Part shown: one piece after another, positions 26,453 through 38,976 of the stretch | How positions within the stretch are numbered: position 1 is the stretch's first letter | How the letters are laid out: the number at the start of each line of letters is the position of its first letter | Assembly: GCF_006345805.1 (NCBI RefSeq) | Contig: NC_042997.1 | Coordinates: 190,774,001-190,838,000 of the forward strand | Direction: 5' to 3' | Source: Octopus sinensis | Lineage: Eukaryota | DNA length: 64,000 nt | The notes under the pieces: generated by a model | What the model saw: the letters and a program-made list of their open reading frames with translations, nothing else | The model's database searches: none | What the model was told of the DNA's origin: nothing | Position numbers and translations under genes: made by a program

Positions 26453-26935
26453 TGCGAAGGCAGGCTGAAAGATTCTTAGGCAGACTATGGGGGAGTGTAA
26501 CTAGAGCTGTGGAATTTGCATACATTAATTTAAACACTTATTTTTTTAAGAAATGCATTGTTTCTTTTTCAGGTAAGTGTTCAAAGACTTGAAATGTAAC
26601 TAATTGTGACTTCTCTTGCAAATGGATAAAATTTGGCATCGTGAGGTTATTAAGTACTTCCAGAAAACCCGTTTATCTCCCTAGGACATTCATTCTGATA
26701 TGGCTGCTACATTAGGGATTGACGCTGCAGCTTTATCAACAGCACAATTGTATGCAGCTAGGTTCAGGAAAGGAAAGGAGTCTTGAAGATGATCCAAGGT
26801 GTCGAGGTCCTGCAACAGACACCACCGAGAGAAACATTGATCGTGTTCACTACAATTGACTATAAATCAAACAGTCAATGCTGACAGCATATCCTGAAAG
26901 ATATGAGAATATTCTACTTTGAGTTCAATTGTTAA
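26453..26935 (+). mobile_element. Second mariner (irritans-like) left end, pseudogenised transposase N-terminus
   Basis: ATG at 26622: MDKIWHREVIKYFQK...DIHSDMAATLG...FRKG/ESLEDDPR..PATDTTERNIDRVH, with frameshifts. Confidence 0.8.
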
Positions 26936-27199
26936 AAACGAATTATTTCACGTTCACGAGAGGTTTCTAAGCTCATATGATGTAAACAACACATACATAT
27001 ATTTGTGCGTGTGTGTTTGTGAGCCTTTCTCTCCCCTATTCAGTTTTCTCCGTATCTGATTTAGAACAAAGATAATTATTCGAGTATAGAACATGGAATT
27101 CATTCTGTAGCACAGATATATATGTATGGACATATAAACATAAAACAATAAAGTATGAAGTATATAAACATAACATATATTCTTTTATTCTATTATTCT

Positions 27200-27479
27200 T
27201 GTATTCTTTTGCTTGTTTAAGTCATTTGACTGTGGCCATTCTAGAGAACGGTCTTTATTCGAACAAATCGATCCCAGGACTTATTACTTGTAAGCCTAGT
27301 ACTTATTCTATTGATTCCTTATGTCGAACCGTTAGGTTACGGGGACGTAAACACGCCAGTATCGGTTGTCAAGCGATGTTGGAGGGACAAACACAGTCGC
27401 ACAAATACGTACATATATTTATATACATACATACATACATACATACACACATACATACATACATACATACATACATACA

Positions 27480-27526
<47 letters not shown>

Positions 27527-27662
27527 GTTTCCGACGAAGAGCTCCGCTCGAAACGTTAAACCCTCCTTCTTTCCTTCTTTCCTGAGCGTCCAATAATACT
27601 ATATTTGTTCCACGTCCTCGCGTTGTTGTGTTTTTTGTGTTTTCTTGTTTGAATTAACTTTA

Positions 27663-27737
<75 letters not shown>

Positions 27738-27889
27738 CGATGGGCTTCTTTCAGTTTCCGTCTACCAAATCCACTAACAAGGCTTTGGTCGGCCCGTGAC
27801 TATAGAAGACACGCAATGTGCCACGCTGTATGACTGAACCCGGAAGCATGTGGTTGGGAAGCAATCTTCTTACCACACATCCACTCCTG
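27200..27889 (-). mobile_element. SINE family A with a Penelope-type end nested in its microsatellite
   Basis: tail 27200-27420, insert 27527-27660, head 27735-27889. Confidence 0.88.
27527..27561 (+). ncRNA. Minimal type I hammerhead-like motif, U4C variant
   Basis: gttt CCGACGA a gagc-tcc-gctc GAAA cg TT aaac; stems I and II pair perfectly. Confidence 0.6.
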
Positions 27890-28475
27890 GCGAGGGAGGG
27901 GTGAATGCGCACGTATAAACGTATATATGTATATACAGAGAGAGAGAGAGAGAGAGATAGATTCTGTCTCACAACTCCTATAGGTTATATGGACAAGAGT
28001 TTCACGACTTCGTATATAAGAGTTAAGCAGAAAGTTTTGAGAAAAAGTACTGAGAACGTAAGTTATTCAACAGGAATATACGAGAAACAAAGGTTTTAAA
28101 ATTCACTCGTGAAATCGGTAATAATGAGGAAAGTACATTTACTAAATACTAATCAGACGACTGATATTAAAACCACTACTTCGTTTACGACAAACTAATG
28201 CTAAAATACAAAGTCCTCGTATACGTGTGTATGTGTGTGTGTGTGTGTGTGTGTTGTGTGTGTGTGTGTGTGTGTGTGCATGGGTATGTAAGTAAACCGG
28301 CTTATACATATTTATATGGGGGATTAGGTGCTTGTGTGTGTAACTACGTCTACATATGTCAATATATATGACATATTATATATATATACTTATATATATG
28401 CATATATATATATATATATATTACACATATAATATATATAATTATACATATATATGTATATGCATATATAATATA

Positions 28476-28524
<49 letters not shown>

Positions 28525-28575
28525 TATATATATATAAAATATACATATATATAACATATAAATATAAATATATAT

Positions 28576-28622
<47 letters not shown>

Positions 28623-28629
28623 ATATATA

Positions 28630-28849
28630 TATGTATGTCTGTATGTATATACATATGTGTATGTGTCTGTGTGTATGTATGTTTGTATATTTGTACGTCT
28701 GTATAGCGCAACTGATGATGAGAAAGCGAAAACTACAGAAGAAAAAAAAATGTAATTATTTGCTTGTCATCTGTAAAATACCTGTTGACATACTGAATAC
28801 CTATAACAAAAATACCGCGTGCCTACTCATATATATATATATATATATG

Positions 28850-28894
<45 letters not shown>

Positions 28895-29237
28895 AAATAC
28901 TCACACACACACACACACACGCACACGTATACAGTTTTGTTTCTCTTTTGTTTATACTTTTTCACTCATAGTTGGGCAACATGAGAATATTTCTAACAGA
29001 AATAGACAAAGATAAAAACAGACATTCACCAAAATTGCCTTCTAACATTGTTGTAAATATTATGCCGAACCAACTGATTATAGAACCAAAGACTGCGAAT
29101 GCTAAATAGTTTGGGTTCGTTTTATTAACTTGTATTTGTTTGCTTGCTTTTTGTTAATGTGTTATTGTGGTTGTTGTTTTTTTTTGTCTTTGTTGTTCGT
29201 TGTTTGTTACTATACTCTTTTACAAAACACACACACG

Positions 29238-29283
<46 letters not shown>

Positions 29284-29417
29284 ATATATATAGATATATA
29301 TATCTGTCTTTGTGTCTGCATATGTATATGTGTACATGTATGCGTGTATGCATATATATATATGTGTGTTGTTGTGTGTGTGTGTATGTATGTATATATA
29401 TGTATGTATGTAGTATG

Positions 29418-29452
<35 letters not shown>

Positions 29453-29476
29453 GTATATTATATATATATATATATA

Positions 29477-29508
<32 letters not shown>

Positions 29509-29511
29509 TAC

Positions 29512-29542
<31 letters not shown>

Positions 29543-30046
29543 TACATATATGTGTAGAATATATATAGATATATATGTATATAATATATACATATATATA
29601 TATATATCATATATGTGTAGATATATATAATAGATATATATGTATATATATATTATACATATATATATAATTATATATATATATATATATATGATATTAA
29701 TTATATATATATATATATAATTATATTATATATATATATATAGAAATATATATATATAGATATAAAATATAGTATATGCATATATATATATAGATATATA
29801 TATATATGCGTGTGGTGTATTATGTATGTATATATATATACATATGTGTATGTGTCTGTGTGTATGTATGTTTGTATATTTGTACGTATGTATAGCGCAA
29901 CTGATGATGAGAAAGCGAAAACTAACAGAGAAAAAAAAATGTAATTATTTGCTTGTCATCTGTAAAATACCTGTTGACATACTGAATACCTATAACAAAA
30001 ATACCGCGTGCCTACTCATATATATATATATATATATATATATACG

Positions 30047-30108
<62 letters not shown>

Positions 30109-30511
30109 AACACACACAAACAAGCACACGTATATAGTTTTTTTCTCTTTTGTTTATACTTTTTCACTCATAGTTGGGCACATGGAGAATATTCTAACAG
30201 AAATAGACAAAGATAAAAACAGACATTCACCAAAATTGCCTTCTACAATTGTTTAAAATTATGCCGAACCAATGATTATAGAACCAAAGACTGCGAATGC
30301 TAAATAGTTTGGGTTCGTTTTATTAACTTGTATTTGTTTGCTTTTGTTAATGTGTTATTGTGGTTGTTGTTTTTTTTTTTGTCTTTGTTTTCGTTGGTTT
30401 GTTACTATACTCTTCTACACAAACAAACACACGCACATACACATATATATTATATCTGTCTGTGTGTCTGCATATGTATATGTGTACAGTGTGCGTGTAT
30501 ACATATATATA

Positions 30512-30542
<31 letters not shown>

Positions 30543-30569
30543 ATATATATGTATGTATGTATGTATGTA

Positions 30570-30629
<60 letters not shown>

Positions 30630-30660
30630 GATATATATATATTACATATGATGTGTAGAT
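28630..30660. repeat. About 1.2-kb-period tandem duplication (or uncollapsed haplotypes)
   Basis: 28630-29560 is nearly identical to 29825-30660 outside the microsatellites. Confidence 0.85.
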
Positions 30661-30785
30661 ATATAGATATATATAGATATTATGTATATAATATATAGAT
30701 ATATATAGATATATATGTATATATATATATATAGATATATATGTATATACATATAGATATATATGTTATATATATATATATGTAG

Positions 30786-30820
<35 letters not shown>

Positions 30821-30830
30821 CATATATTAA

Positions 30831-30873
<43 letters not shown>

Positions 30874-31005
30874 TGTGTAATTTCTTTTCTTTTGTTTCAG
30901 CTGAAAGCTTAAGAATTTACTAAAGACAAAACCTAACTTTTTCTTCAGAACTCAGATGCCATTATTAGTTTCCACATTATTATTCATTATCATCATCATC
31001 ACCAT

Positions 31006-31037
<32 letters not shown>

Positions 31038-31089
31038 TTGACGTCATCATTATCCAACAACACACGCAACATCATTATTTCTTTTATTA

Positions 31090-31540
31090 TTAAGGTCGTG
31101 AGCTGGCAGAATCGTTTGCACACCGGGCAAAATGATTACAGCATTTCGCCCTTTTTTCAGTCTTGGCTGAAATTATGCCGACGTCGACTTTGAGTTTTAT
31201 GTTTTGGGGTCGATAAAATAAGTACCAGTTGAGCACTGGGGTTGATGGCTTTGACTTAACCCCACCTCCAATATTGCTAGCGTCGTGCCAAAATTTGAAA
31301 CTAGTGTTATTTTCATTAAGGCGCCGAACTACTAGAATTATTAAGAGTGCCGAACAAAATGCTTAGCAGCATTTCATCCGTCTTTACGGTTTCAGTTCAA
31401 ATTCCGCAGGGATTAGCTTTGCCTTTCATCCGTTCGGGATCGATAAATTTAGTACCAATTAAACACTGAGGTTGATGTAATCGACCTATCCCCTCGCCAC
31501 AAATTTCAGGCTTTGTGCCTTTAGTAGAAAGGCTTATTAT
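31090..31540 (+). mobile_element. Two SINE family B-related copies
   Basis: gagctggcagaatcgtttgc...gggtcgataaaataagtaccag; second copy from about 31317. Confidence 0.75.
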
Positions 31541-31572
31541 TATTTTTATTATTATTATTGTTATTGTTATTA

Positions 31573-31627
<55 letters not shown>

Positions 31628-31630
31628 ATT

Positions 31631-32188
31631 GAGTGAGTGAGAGAGCAGTGCATGCCATCAAAGAGACACTAGGGTAAAATATACGAAGCCCAGTATACCT
31701 ATCATGACTACCCATCTGATAAGGGTACAATATGCACATTCATCACAACCGTATGTACGCGACATGGTGACCTCATATCAAGATAAACAGCACATGACCG
31801 TGCAGGTGAGGCCCAGTTAGAATTTTCTTCTGGTCGGTTAACCCATCCCGCTCAAAAAGTCCCTCAATAAGGGTTGTTTAAGGATGTTGAACGAAACATC
31901 CATATTCCAGAGGTGAATTATTCAAACACCAAAGAATCCCTCTCGTCACATGGCTATGATACTTCCAAACTACTTCTGCTCGTGATCAGAGATGCACATA
32001 TCGTCAGCCACTAAGCGACATGCTCGACTGGTTAAGGTCAAACAACTGACAAGTATATCTGTGGTATCGAGCAGAATATTTGCTGTAGCCCATCTTTTAT
32101 ACCAAGACAAAACAATGTACTTGATAACACTTCCAATCAGTTAAGATCAGAAACCATGAGAGCCACTGTCTGGTACTGCATCAGGGCA
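31631..32188 (-). mobile_element. Non-coding interspersed element flanked by (AAT)n on both sides
   Basis: 558 bp of complex sequence bounded by (TTA)n; no ORF; orientation inferred from the (AAT)n tail. Confidence 0.55.
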
Positions 32189-32212
32189 TTATTATATTAT
32201 TATTATTATTAT

Positions 32213-32251
<39 letters not shown>

Positions 32252-32255
32252 AATT

Positions 32256-32836
32256 CAGTAGTTTTATTTTTATAGCGTGCTTTCACTTCACTACCGAGCG
32301 CTGCTCTGTGTGCCTTGGGTATGTGCTGTGGTTTGTTGTGATGCTCTTATGGTTACTGTACTGAAATTGTTTTGCGTAGGATGTGTGTAGTGCCCAGTAG
32401 TGCAATTTTCTGTATGTTATATACATTTGTAAGTCCTGATATTTTTGTTATGTATTTGTTTGAATATTTTTTATCATACCTAATGCGCCCACTATGATAG
32501 GAATTGTTTCTGTTTTTAGATTCCACATTCGAGTTACCTCTATTTCCAGGTCTTTGTATTTTGAAAATTTCTCCATTTCTTTTTGAGAAACGTTGTCATC
32601 GGCTGGTATTGATACATCAGTTAGAAAGCATTTTTACCCTCATGATCTCTGACAACTATATCTGGCCTATTGACCTTAATTTCTCTATCTGTGTGTATTG
32701 GCATATCCCAAAGTATGGTTGCTTTCTCGTTTTCTGTGATATTTTCTGGCGTGTGCCTATACCATCTTTTTTCTGATGTTATTCCATAGTGTTGGCATAG
32801 CTTCCAGTTTATGTAGGTCCCAACTCTGTCGTGTCT
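32256..32836 (-). mobile_element. R4/Dong-like non-LTR retrotransposon 3' end with restriction-like endonuclease
   Basis: RHDRVGTYINWKLCQHYG...KATILWDMPIHTDREIKVNRPDIVVRDH, then LIDVSIPADDN...KYKDLEIEVTRMW...IPIIVGALG; 3' UTR as at 22048. Confidence 0.88.
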
Positions 32837-34024
32837 ATTATTATTATTATTGTTGTTGTTGTTATAAGTGGGCTTAATTTGTTTGACTAAAGGCTCAACC
32901 AAATTTTCTGTCCTTAAAATAATCATTATAAAACACTATAAAGGACGATGATTACGCAGAACCAGTAAGTACTGGATGAAATACCTTTCGGTATTTAATG
33001 TTTCAATGCTGTCTTGTACTTTCTGGGTATATATCTCTCACAAACCCACTTTGCCTTCTGTCAATCTGCGGTAGTTAAAATAAATAGAAAGGTTGATATG
33101 ATCGATCATAGTCTTTTTCCATAATTAATGATCCAACATCTACGTTCGAAATCATAATTTTTATTGTATTTACTGGGAAAAAAAACAAGACTTGAATAAG
33201 TCATTTTTGACTTGTCATAATGTTTGTCTCCTTAAACGGTTTATTTATGGGTCTTGTTTTCTTGTTATTAAATCATTCTAGAGGAGGAAAGCTTCGCTAT
33301 TATATTATCTTCCCTATTCAAAGACAGTAATGTTAGTCATTGTGATTTGTTTTTGCCTTCACTTCAGAAATTCTTTTCACTGTGGTTGCTGTAATGGTGG
33401 TGGGAGATGATTCCTCTAAACAGTGACACAATCCTTTCATTCTTTCGGAGGAGTTGACAGAAAATATGAATATTTTGAATGCTGTGAACAATTGCTCAAA
33501 TTGCAGCAAATAATTCCATTATATACAACAACACCGGTAACAACACTTGCACGAACATTAATGACATAGTAAGAATCAAAACTGTTATAGTTATGTCAGC
33601 ACTTGTGAAGATGGCTGAAACAAGTATAGTGACAAGAGCAACGTTGGTTATGCCAACATAATCAGCAAATATAAGAGCAGTAATGAAGGGAGAGAATAAC
33701 AACGAAAAGAAAAATATATTCGTACGTGCCGTATGCATTTGGATATATAGCGATCTTATCATAATACAACAGCAGTTGTCGGCAAGCAAGGCATATTACT
33801 TCTCAAAGAAATATTGGAAGGAATAGGAGAAAAGTCTATCAAATACAGATGAATATTCAATAAAACAAGACGAAATGAAAACCCGACTTGAAAACTACCG
33901 AAGACATTAAATGACTTAGAACAGAAAGAGGACTTAGTTTAGATTATAGACGTATATTTTTTTAATCGGAGAAACAGGTGAGGAAAATAGTAAGAAGGAA
34001 CGGATGCTAGAAAACTTCACACTG

Positions 34025-34262
34025 GTAAGGCGGCGAACTGGTAGAAACATTAGCACGCCGGGCGAAATGCTCAGCGGTATTTCGTCTGTCGTTACGTTCT
34101 GAGTTCAAATTCCGCCGAAGTGGACTTTACCTTTCATCCTTTCGGGGTCGATAAATTAAGTACCAGTTATACACTGGGGTTCGATGTAATCGACTTAATA
34201 CCTTTGTCTGTCCTTGTTTGTCCCCTTTCTGTTTAGCCCCTTGCGGGCAATAAAGAAATAAG
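34025..34262 (+). mobile_element. SINE family B, monomer
   Basis: aaggcggcgaactggtagaaacattagcacgccgggcg...aataaagaaataag. Confidence 0.9.
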
Positions 34263-34504
34263 AAAACTTCACAGTGTTGTAGCTTAGTAAAATGCCCAGG
34301 CAAGTATCAGGTCAAAATAAGTTTAGGTTAGTTACAGCTTTTATGAACGTTTAAGAAGGTGATGGTCGACGACAGAGTAGAGAATAGACCAGCTGTAAAT
34401 CAGCGCCAGTTTTTTAATGTTAAAAGGCTCAAGGCAGTTAATTTGAAATTGAGGATGGAGGGCATACGGTATAATCATCACATTTTTTTTTTTTTTGTTC
34501 CTTC

Positions 34505-34701
34505 TCGGTCCATCGCAGGTGAGCTGCAAGATGCAAGAGGAAAGAGTGAGAGAAAATTGTGGCGAAAGAGTCAGCAGAAGTTCGCCGCGTGGAGCTTAGG
34601 TGTTTCGCTCATAAACACACACATCACCCGGACTGAGATTCGAACCCGCGATCCCTCGACCGCGAGTCCGCTGCTCTAACCACTAGGCCATGTGCCTCCA
34701 C
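34505..34701 (-). mobile_element. tRNA-derived SINE (family C)
   Basis: reverse complement gtggaggcacatggcctagtggttagagcagcggactcgcggtcgagggatcgcgggttcgaatctc; related copy at 44020. Confidence 0.8.
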
Positions 34702-34814
34702 ATCACATCCATTGGAAAGAAGTGGATTTATTGGTTCTCTTCAGACAAGCAGAAATAAATGTTTAAAGACATCGACAATCAACACTCAATGCTCGTAAAA
34801 GAACACAATCAAAA

Positions 34815-35041
34815 ATATAACAATAATAATGGTTTCAAAATTTGCCGCAAGGGCAGCAATTTTGGGGGAGGGGATAAGTCGATTATATCGACCCCAGTAT
34901 TTCATTGGTACTTAATTTATGGACCTCAAAAGATGAAAGGCAAAGTCAACCTCGGCGGAATTTGAACTCAGAACGGAGCGGGGGGTGAAATGCCACTATG
35001 CTCTCGTCCAACGTGCTAACGATTCTGCCACCTCGCCGCCT

Positions 35042-35043
<2 letters not shown>
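34815..35043 (-). mobile_element. SINE family B variant
   Basis: gatgaaaggcaaagtcaacctcggcggaatttgaactcag...gattctgccacctcgccgcctt. Confidence 0.85.
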
Positions 35044-35080
<37 letters not shown>

Positions 35081-35207
35081 TAATAATAATAATAATAATA
35101 ATAATATAATAATAATAATAATAATAATAATGATGATGATGATGATAATGATAATAAAAAATAATAATAATAATATAATAATTATAATAATAATAATAAT
35201 AATAATA

Positions 35208-36062
35208 CCGGGAACGTTTAAGATGTAAGAAGGAAAATACAGAGCTCCGAAATCTATCCACAAACATCGAAACAAGGACACCCTATGGAGCCAAGATTAC
35301 TAACAAAGAATTGGACTATATCCGAGTAAGTAATACGAACTGAAATTTATTACTATTTTCGAAAACGAAATGATGTATTTGACTCGATATTATCTCCACC
35401 TCTAACACAACACATGTAAACATGCGTGGAACAACACGATCATCCCCGACCTCAAATACCATGTACAAAGGAACTACGAAGAAATTAAATGCCACCGATA
35501 CTATTCAACCCAAGAATAACAATCGAGCGGTACGTACATTAAACCTACAACAAAAAATGTACGAAAAACTACACGTGCGAAATAATGTGACAACAGAAAT
35601 AAACGGACCGGTACCCTACGAAAATGACGACCGTCAAAATAATGGGCCGGACGTTGTACCTCATGTCCCGCAATTAAAACCCCAAAAGACGTAAATGGAC
35701 ACGTGAGGAATACATTTCTATCTTACACGCATACTTCACAGCAATGCTCTACCCCCAAAATGAAAATACAACAACACATACATATAAAATATGGAAGGAA
35801 AATAATAGGGATATAGACTTGGATACAGCAATGAACCCTAATAAATTAGCTAACGTACGAAGATATACATAACAAAACACCAGGACTTACAAACACATAT
35901 AACATACAGAAAATTGCACACTACTAGGCACTGCACACATCCGCGCAGAACACTTTTCATACAATAACCATCAGAGCATCAGAACAATCACAGCACATAC
36001 CCAAGGCACACAGAGCTGCGCTCGTAGTGAAGTGAAAGCACGCTATAAAAATAAAACTACTG
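35208..36062 (+). mobile_element. Internally deleted R4/Dong-like element retaining a candidate 5' end and the 3' end, inside (AAT)n
   Basis: ORF 35422 then frameshifted KRRKWTREEYISILHAYF...IWKENN...NKLANVRRY fused directly to the shared 3' tail. Confidence 0.72.
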
Positions 36063-36079
36063 AATAATAATAATAATAA

Positions 36080-36110
<31 letters not shown>

Positions 36111-37343
36111 AAGAAGAAGAAGAAGAAGAAGAAGAAGAGTGGATTCTAATGTTGCCGTCCTTAGATCAAACTCTTAAATATTTAGTTCAGCGAATGAAAT
36201 GTCACCCACGTTCACAAGTTGTAGAGGAAGTAAGTGAAAGGAAACCCTTTTATCAAGTGATGAGGGGCTCCAACCAAAACTACAATAGAAACTCTTTCTG
36301 CAGAATCTGTTTCTTAGAAATAATACCCAATTAGATATAAATACTAGAATAATGCACGCAAGTATAGTAATTCTCTTTAAAGTATTCTGTAACAGTGACT
36401 ATTGCAGAATACTCTCGAACCTATGCGCTGATAATGAGATTTACGCCTTGTTCTGTCATCTTTGGTCAAGTGTTAAAAATGTTATGAAAGCCTAAATCAT
36501 AAGATATTGTAAATACTTTGGAACTAGCTGGTGGCTAGATGTAAATGTGCTATATTAAAGGTAATATCTATCTATGCCATGGTAGAATGCGAGTAACGTC
36601 ACTTCTCCAGTCGTCTGGATGTATTACATGGAATATCCCACTCTTCATCCTTCATAAAAAGGGATGGAATATCATCTTAAATGCCCGTTGAGATTGTGGG
36701 AGAGTAGAGTTTTAATGGGAAGTGTACTGAACAAAAAGTATCACACATTTGTTCAGATATTGTCTGGTGATGACTGAATGGATTTCTTTATGCACAAATG
36801 TGAAATCAGACAAATTTCAACTAGTCATTCACGTTGTATTTAGATAGAATATTCAAAGATTAGAAGGTAAATGTAGCGTACAGTGTCCGAACTTCTGATT
36901 ACACGTTTAAATATTTGCTATTTGTTTGGGCGATTTAGCTAGGACCCTATGCAAATTTGGAACTCAATGAAAATTTCACCTACAACCCAAATTTAGGGAT
37001 GTACTTAAATTTAGCCAGAAACGTAGACAGGTCTCTGATTACTGGAAATCAAATACCCGAGTTTTGGAATTTAAGTTTATTCGACGGTTTATCGAGCTCA
37101 TTAGTGAGAATAAAAGAACTAATACATGAAAATTGGTGCATAGATGTCGAAAAAAAAATTAGATTTCAGTCGTTTATTTTTCAGTAAAAGATAGTGATAA
37201 AATAAGCTAGAATGAGAATGAGGTATTACAGAGTCTGGAAACATGTTAGAAAGGCATCGCAGCTAATGTGCAAGAAATAAGAATGGCTCTAACGATTTCT
37301 TCAGCACTAAACTTAAAAGTTATGTTTGTCATATCATGTTAAG

Positions 37344-37443
37344 NNNNNNNNNNNNNNNNNNNNNNNNNNNNNNNNNNNNNNNNNNNNNNNNNNNNNNNNN
37401 NNNNNNNNNNNNNNNNNNNNNNNNNNNNNNNNNNNNNNNNNNN
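37344..37443. other. Assembly gap (100 N)
   Basis: N run. Confidence 1.
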
Positions 37444-37445
37444 AA

Positions 37446-37530
<85 letters not shown>

Positions 37531-37686
37531 AGGAGAAGAGAGTTGATAAACAAGGAGCGGCTCCTTCTCATTGACTATACAAATAATTGGGTTTATTTCT
37601 GCAAAGGCTTATGAAAGCGGATGTGTCTCAAAGAGTGAGTTTCAGTCAGACAAGCAGAAACACTCACACAGACACATACATACAGA

Positions 37687-37811
37687 TTTACACTATTTAC
37701 ATTCGACGGATATTTGTCCTCATCTTGTTTGTTGAGCATACGGCGTAGTGGTTAAGAGTGCGGGCTACTGACCCCAAGATTCTGAGTTCGATTCCAAGCA
37801 GTGACCTGAAC

Positions 37812-37854
<43 letters not shown>

Positions 37855-38042
37855 TCGAAGAATACCTTAGGAATGAGAACCCGGGTTCGAAATTTCCCAA
37901 AGACACCTGATGAAGGCTGGAGGGTATATCAGCCGAAACGTTGTGTTAATAACAAACAAGATGAGGACAAATGTCCTTCGAATGTAATTAATGTAAATAA
38001 TGTAAATAATGTACATAATTCCTCATCTCTTAAATATAGAAC
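37687..38042 (+). mobile_element. tRNA-headed element with (AAT)n linker and hammerhead-bearing Penelope-type tail, preceded by an inverted copy of its 3' end
   Basis: head cggcgtagtggttaagagtg...gagttcgattcc (A and B boxes); hammerhead 37902-37947; 37687-37733 is the reverse complement of 37951-37996. Confidence 0.7.
37902..37947 (+). ncRNA. Minimal type I hammerhead motif with intact core
   Basis: gacac CTGATGA a ggctg-gagggtatat-cagcc GAAA cg TT gtgtt. Confidence 0.72.
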
Positions 38043-38324
38043 TACATACATACAAACATGCACAAATACAAAAATATATGAACAAACATACAGACAGAGC
38101 TTCAGTTTAGATCGTTTATTGATAGATGATTCTTTTAAGTCTACACGTATGTCTACACATATGCTCGTTTGTACTTGGGTATATAAGTCGCGTGCGCGGT
38201 CGTACGTGTGTCTTTTATGCGATGTCTTTGAAAAGCGGTGCCGAATTTTACATTTCCGTAAATAATAATATTTGTTATGCGCGTTTTCTGCGACGTTTTG
38301 ATCACTTATAAGCTTTAAGCTTAT

Positions 38325-38373
<49 letters not shown>

Positions 38374-38635
38374 CGTTTTGGGATTTGGTTTGCAAGATTC
38401 TTTATATGAGTTCGTGTGTTGAAACATATTCTTTTGTGTCTGGGGAGAGTCATATTCTTTTGGTGCCTTATAATATAACACACTTTCAATAGTTACTATT
38501 GAGAAGGTTGCAAGACGCAACAAAAATTTTAGGAAAATAAAAATAAGAAAAAAGCGGAAATTTTACCGGTGAGTGTGATATATTATAAAGCACAAAAAGA
38601 AAATGACTCTCCTCAGACACAACAGTATATATATA

Positions 38636-38915
38636 GTTAATCCAAACATGAACAAAGAGAAAGCACAACAACGTGAGGGCGTAGAACAAGTATAGTGTAA
38701 TGGACGCTCAGGAAAGGAAAGAAAGAAGGAGGGTTTAACGTTTCGAGCGGAGCTCTTCTTCAGAAATATAGAATAAAGGTAAAGTCCAAGGAAGGGAAAA
38801 CGGAGAAAGAAAATCGCCAACGGTACACACGCGGTCACATATTGAAATGACCGGAAGGGAATGGGTGAAGAAAAAGTTCTCTCAAAGACGGGAGAGTGCA
38901 AGAGAAAGAGGTATG
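38636..38915 (-). mobile_element. Penelope-type 3' terminal fragment
   Basis: same hammerhead and downstream ccctccttcttt...cctgagcgtcca as 27527-27660. Confidence 0.65.
38734..38766 (-). ncRNA. Minimal type I hammerhead motif with intact core
   Basis: ttt CTGAAGA a gagc-tcc-gctc GAAA cg TT aaa. Confidence 0.65.
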
Positions 38916-38943
38916 TGTGGGTATGTGAGTATATATGTGTGGG

Positions 38944-38976
<33 letters not shown>

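Noticed and set aside
30880-31100. Strong splice acceptor (ttttgtttcag at 30900) followed by His/Gln-like triplets
   Set aside because: Downstream is (CAT)n/(CAG)n running into a SINE, with no convincing donor or ORF.
32040-32188. HDV-like ribozyme at the start of the (AAT)n-flanked element
   Set aside because: I could not build the P1/P2/P3 nested pseudoknot by eye; left as a computational check.
33496-33789. Hydrophobic 97-aa ORF suggesting a membrane protein
   Set aside because: It is the antisense of an eroded AAC/ATA triplet-rich tract; no family similarity recognised.
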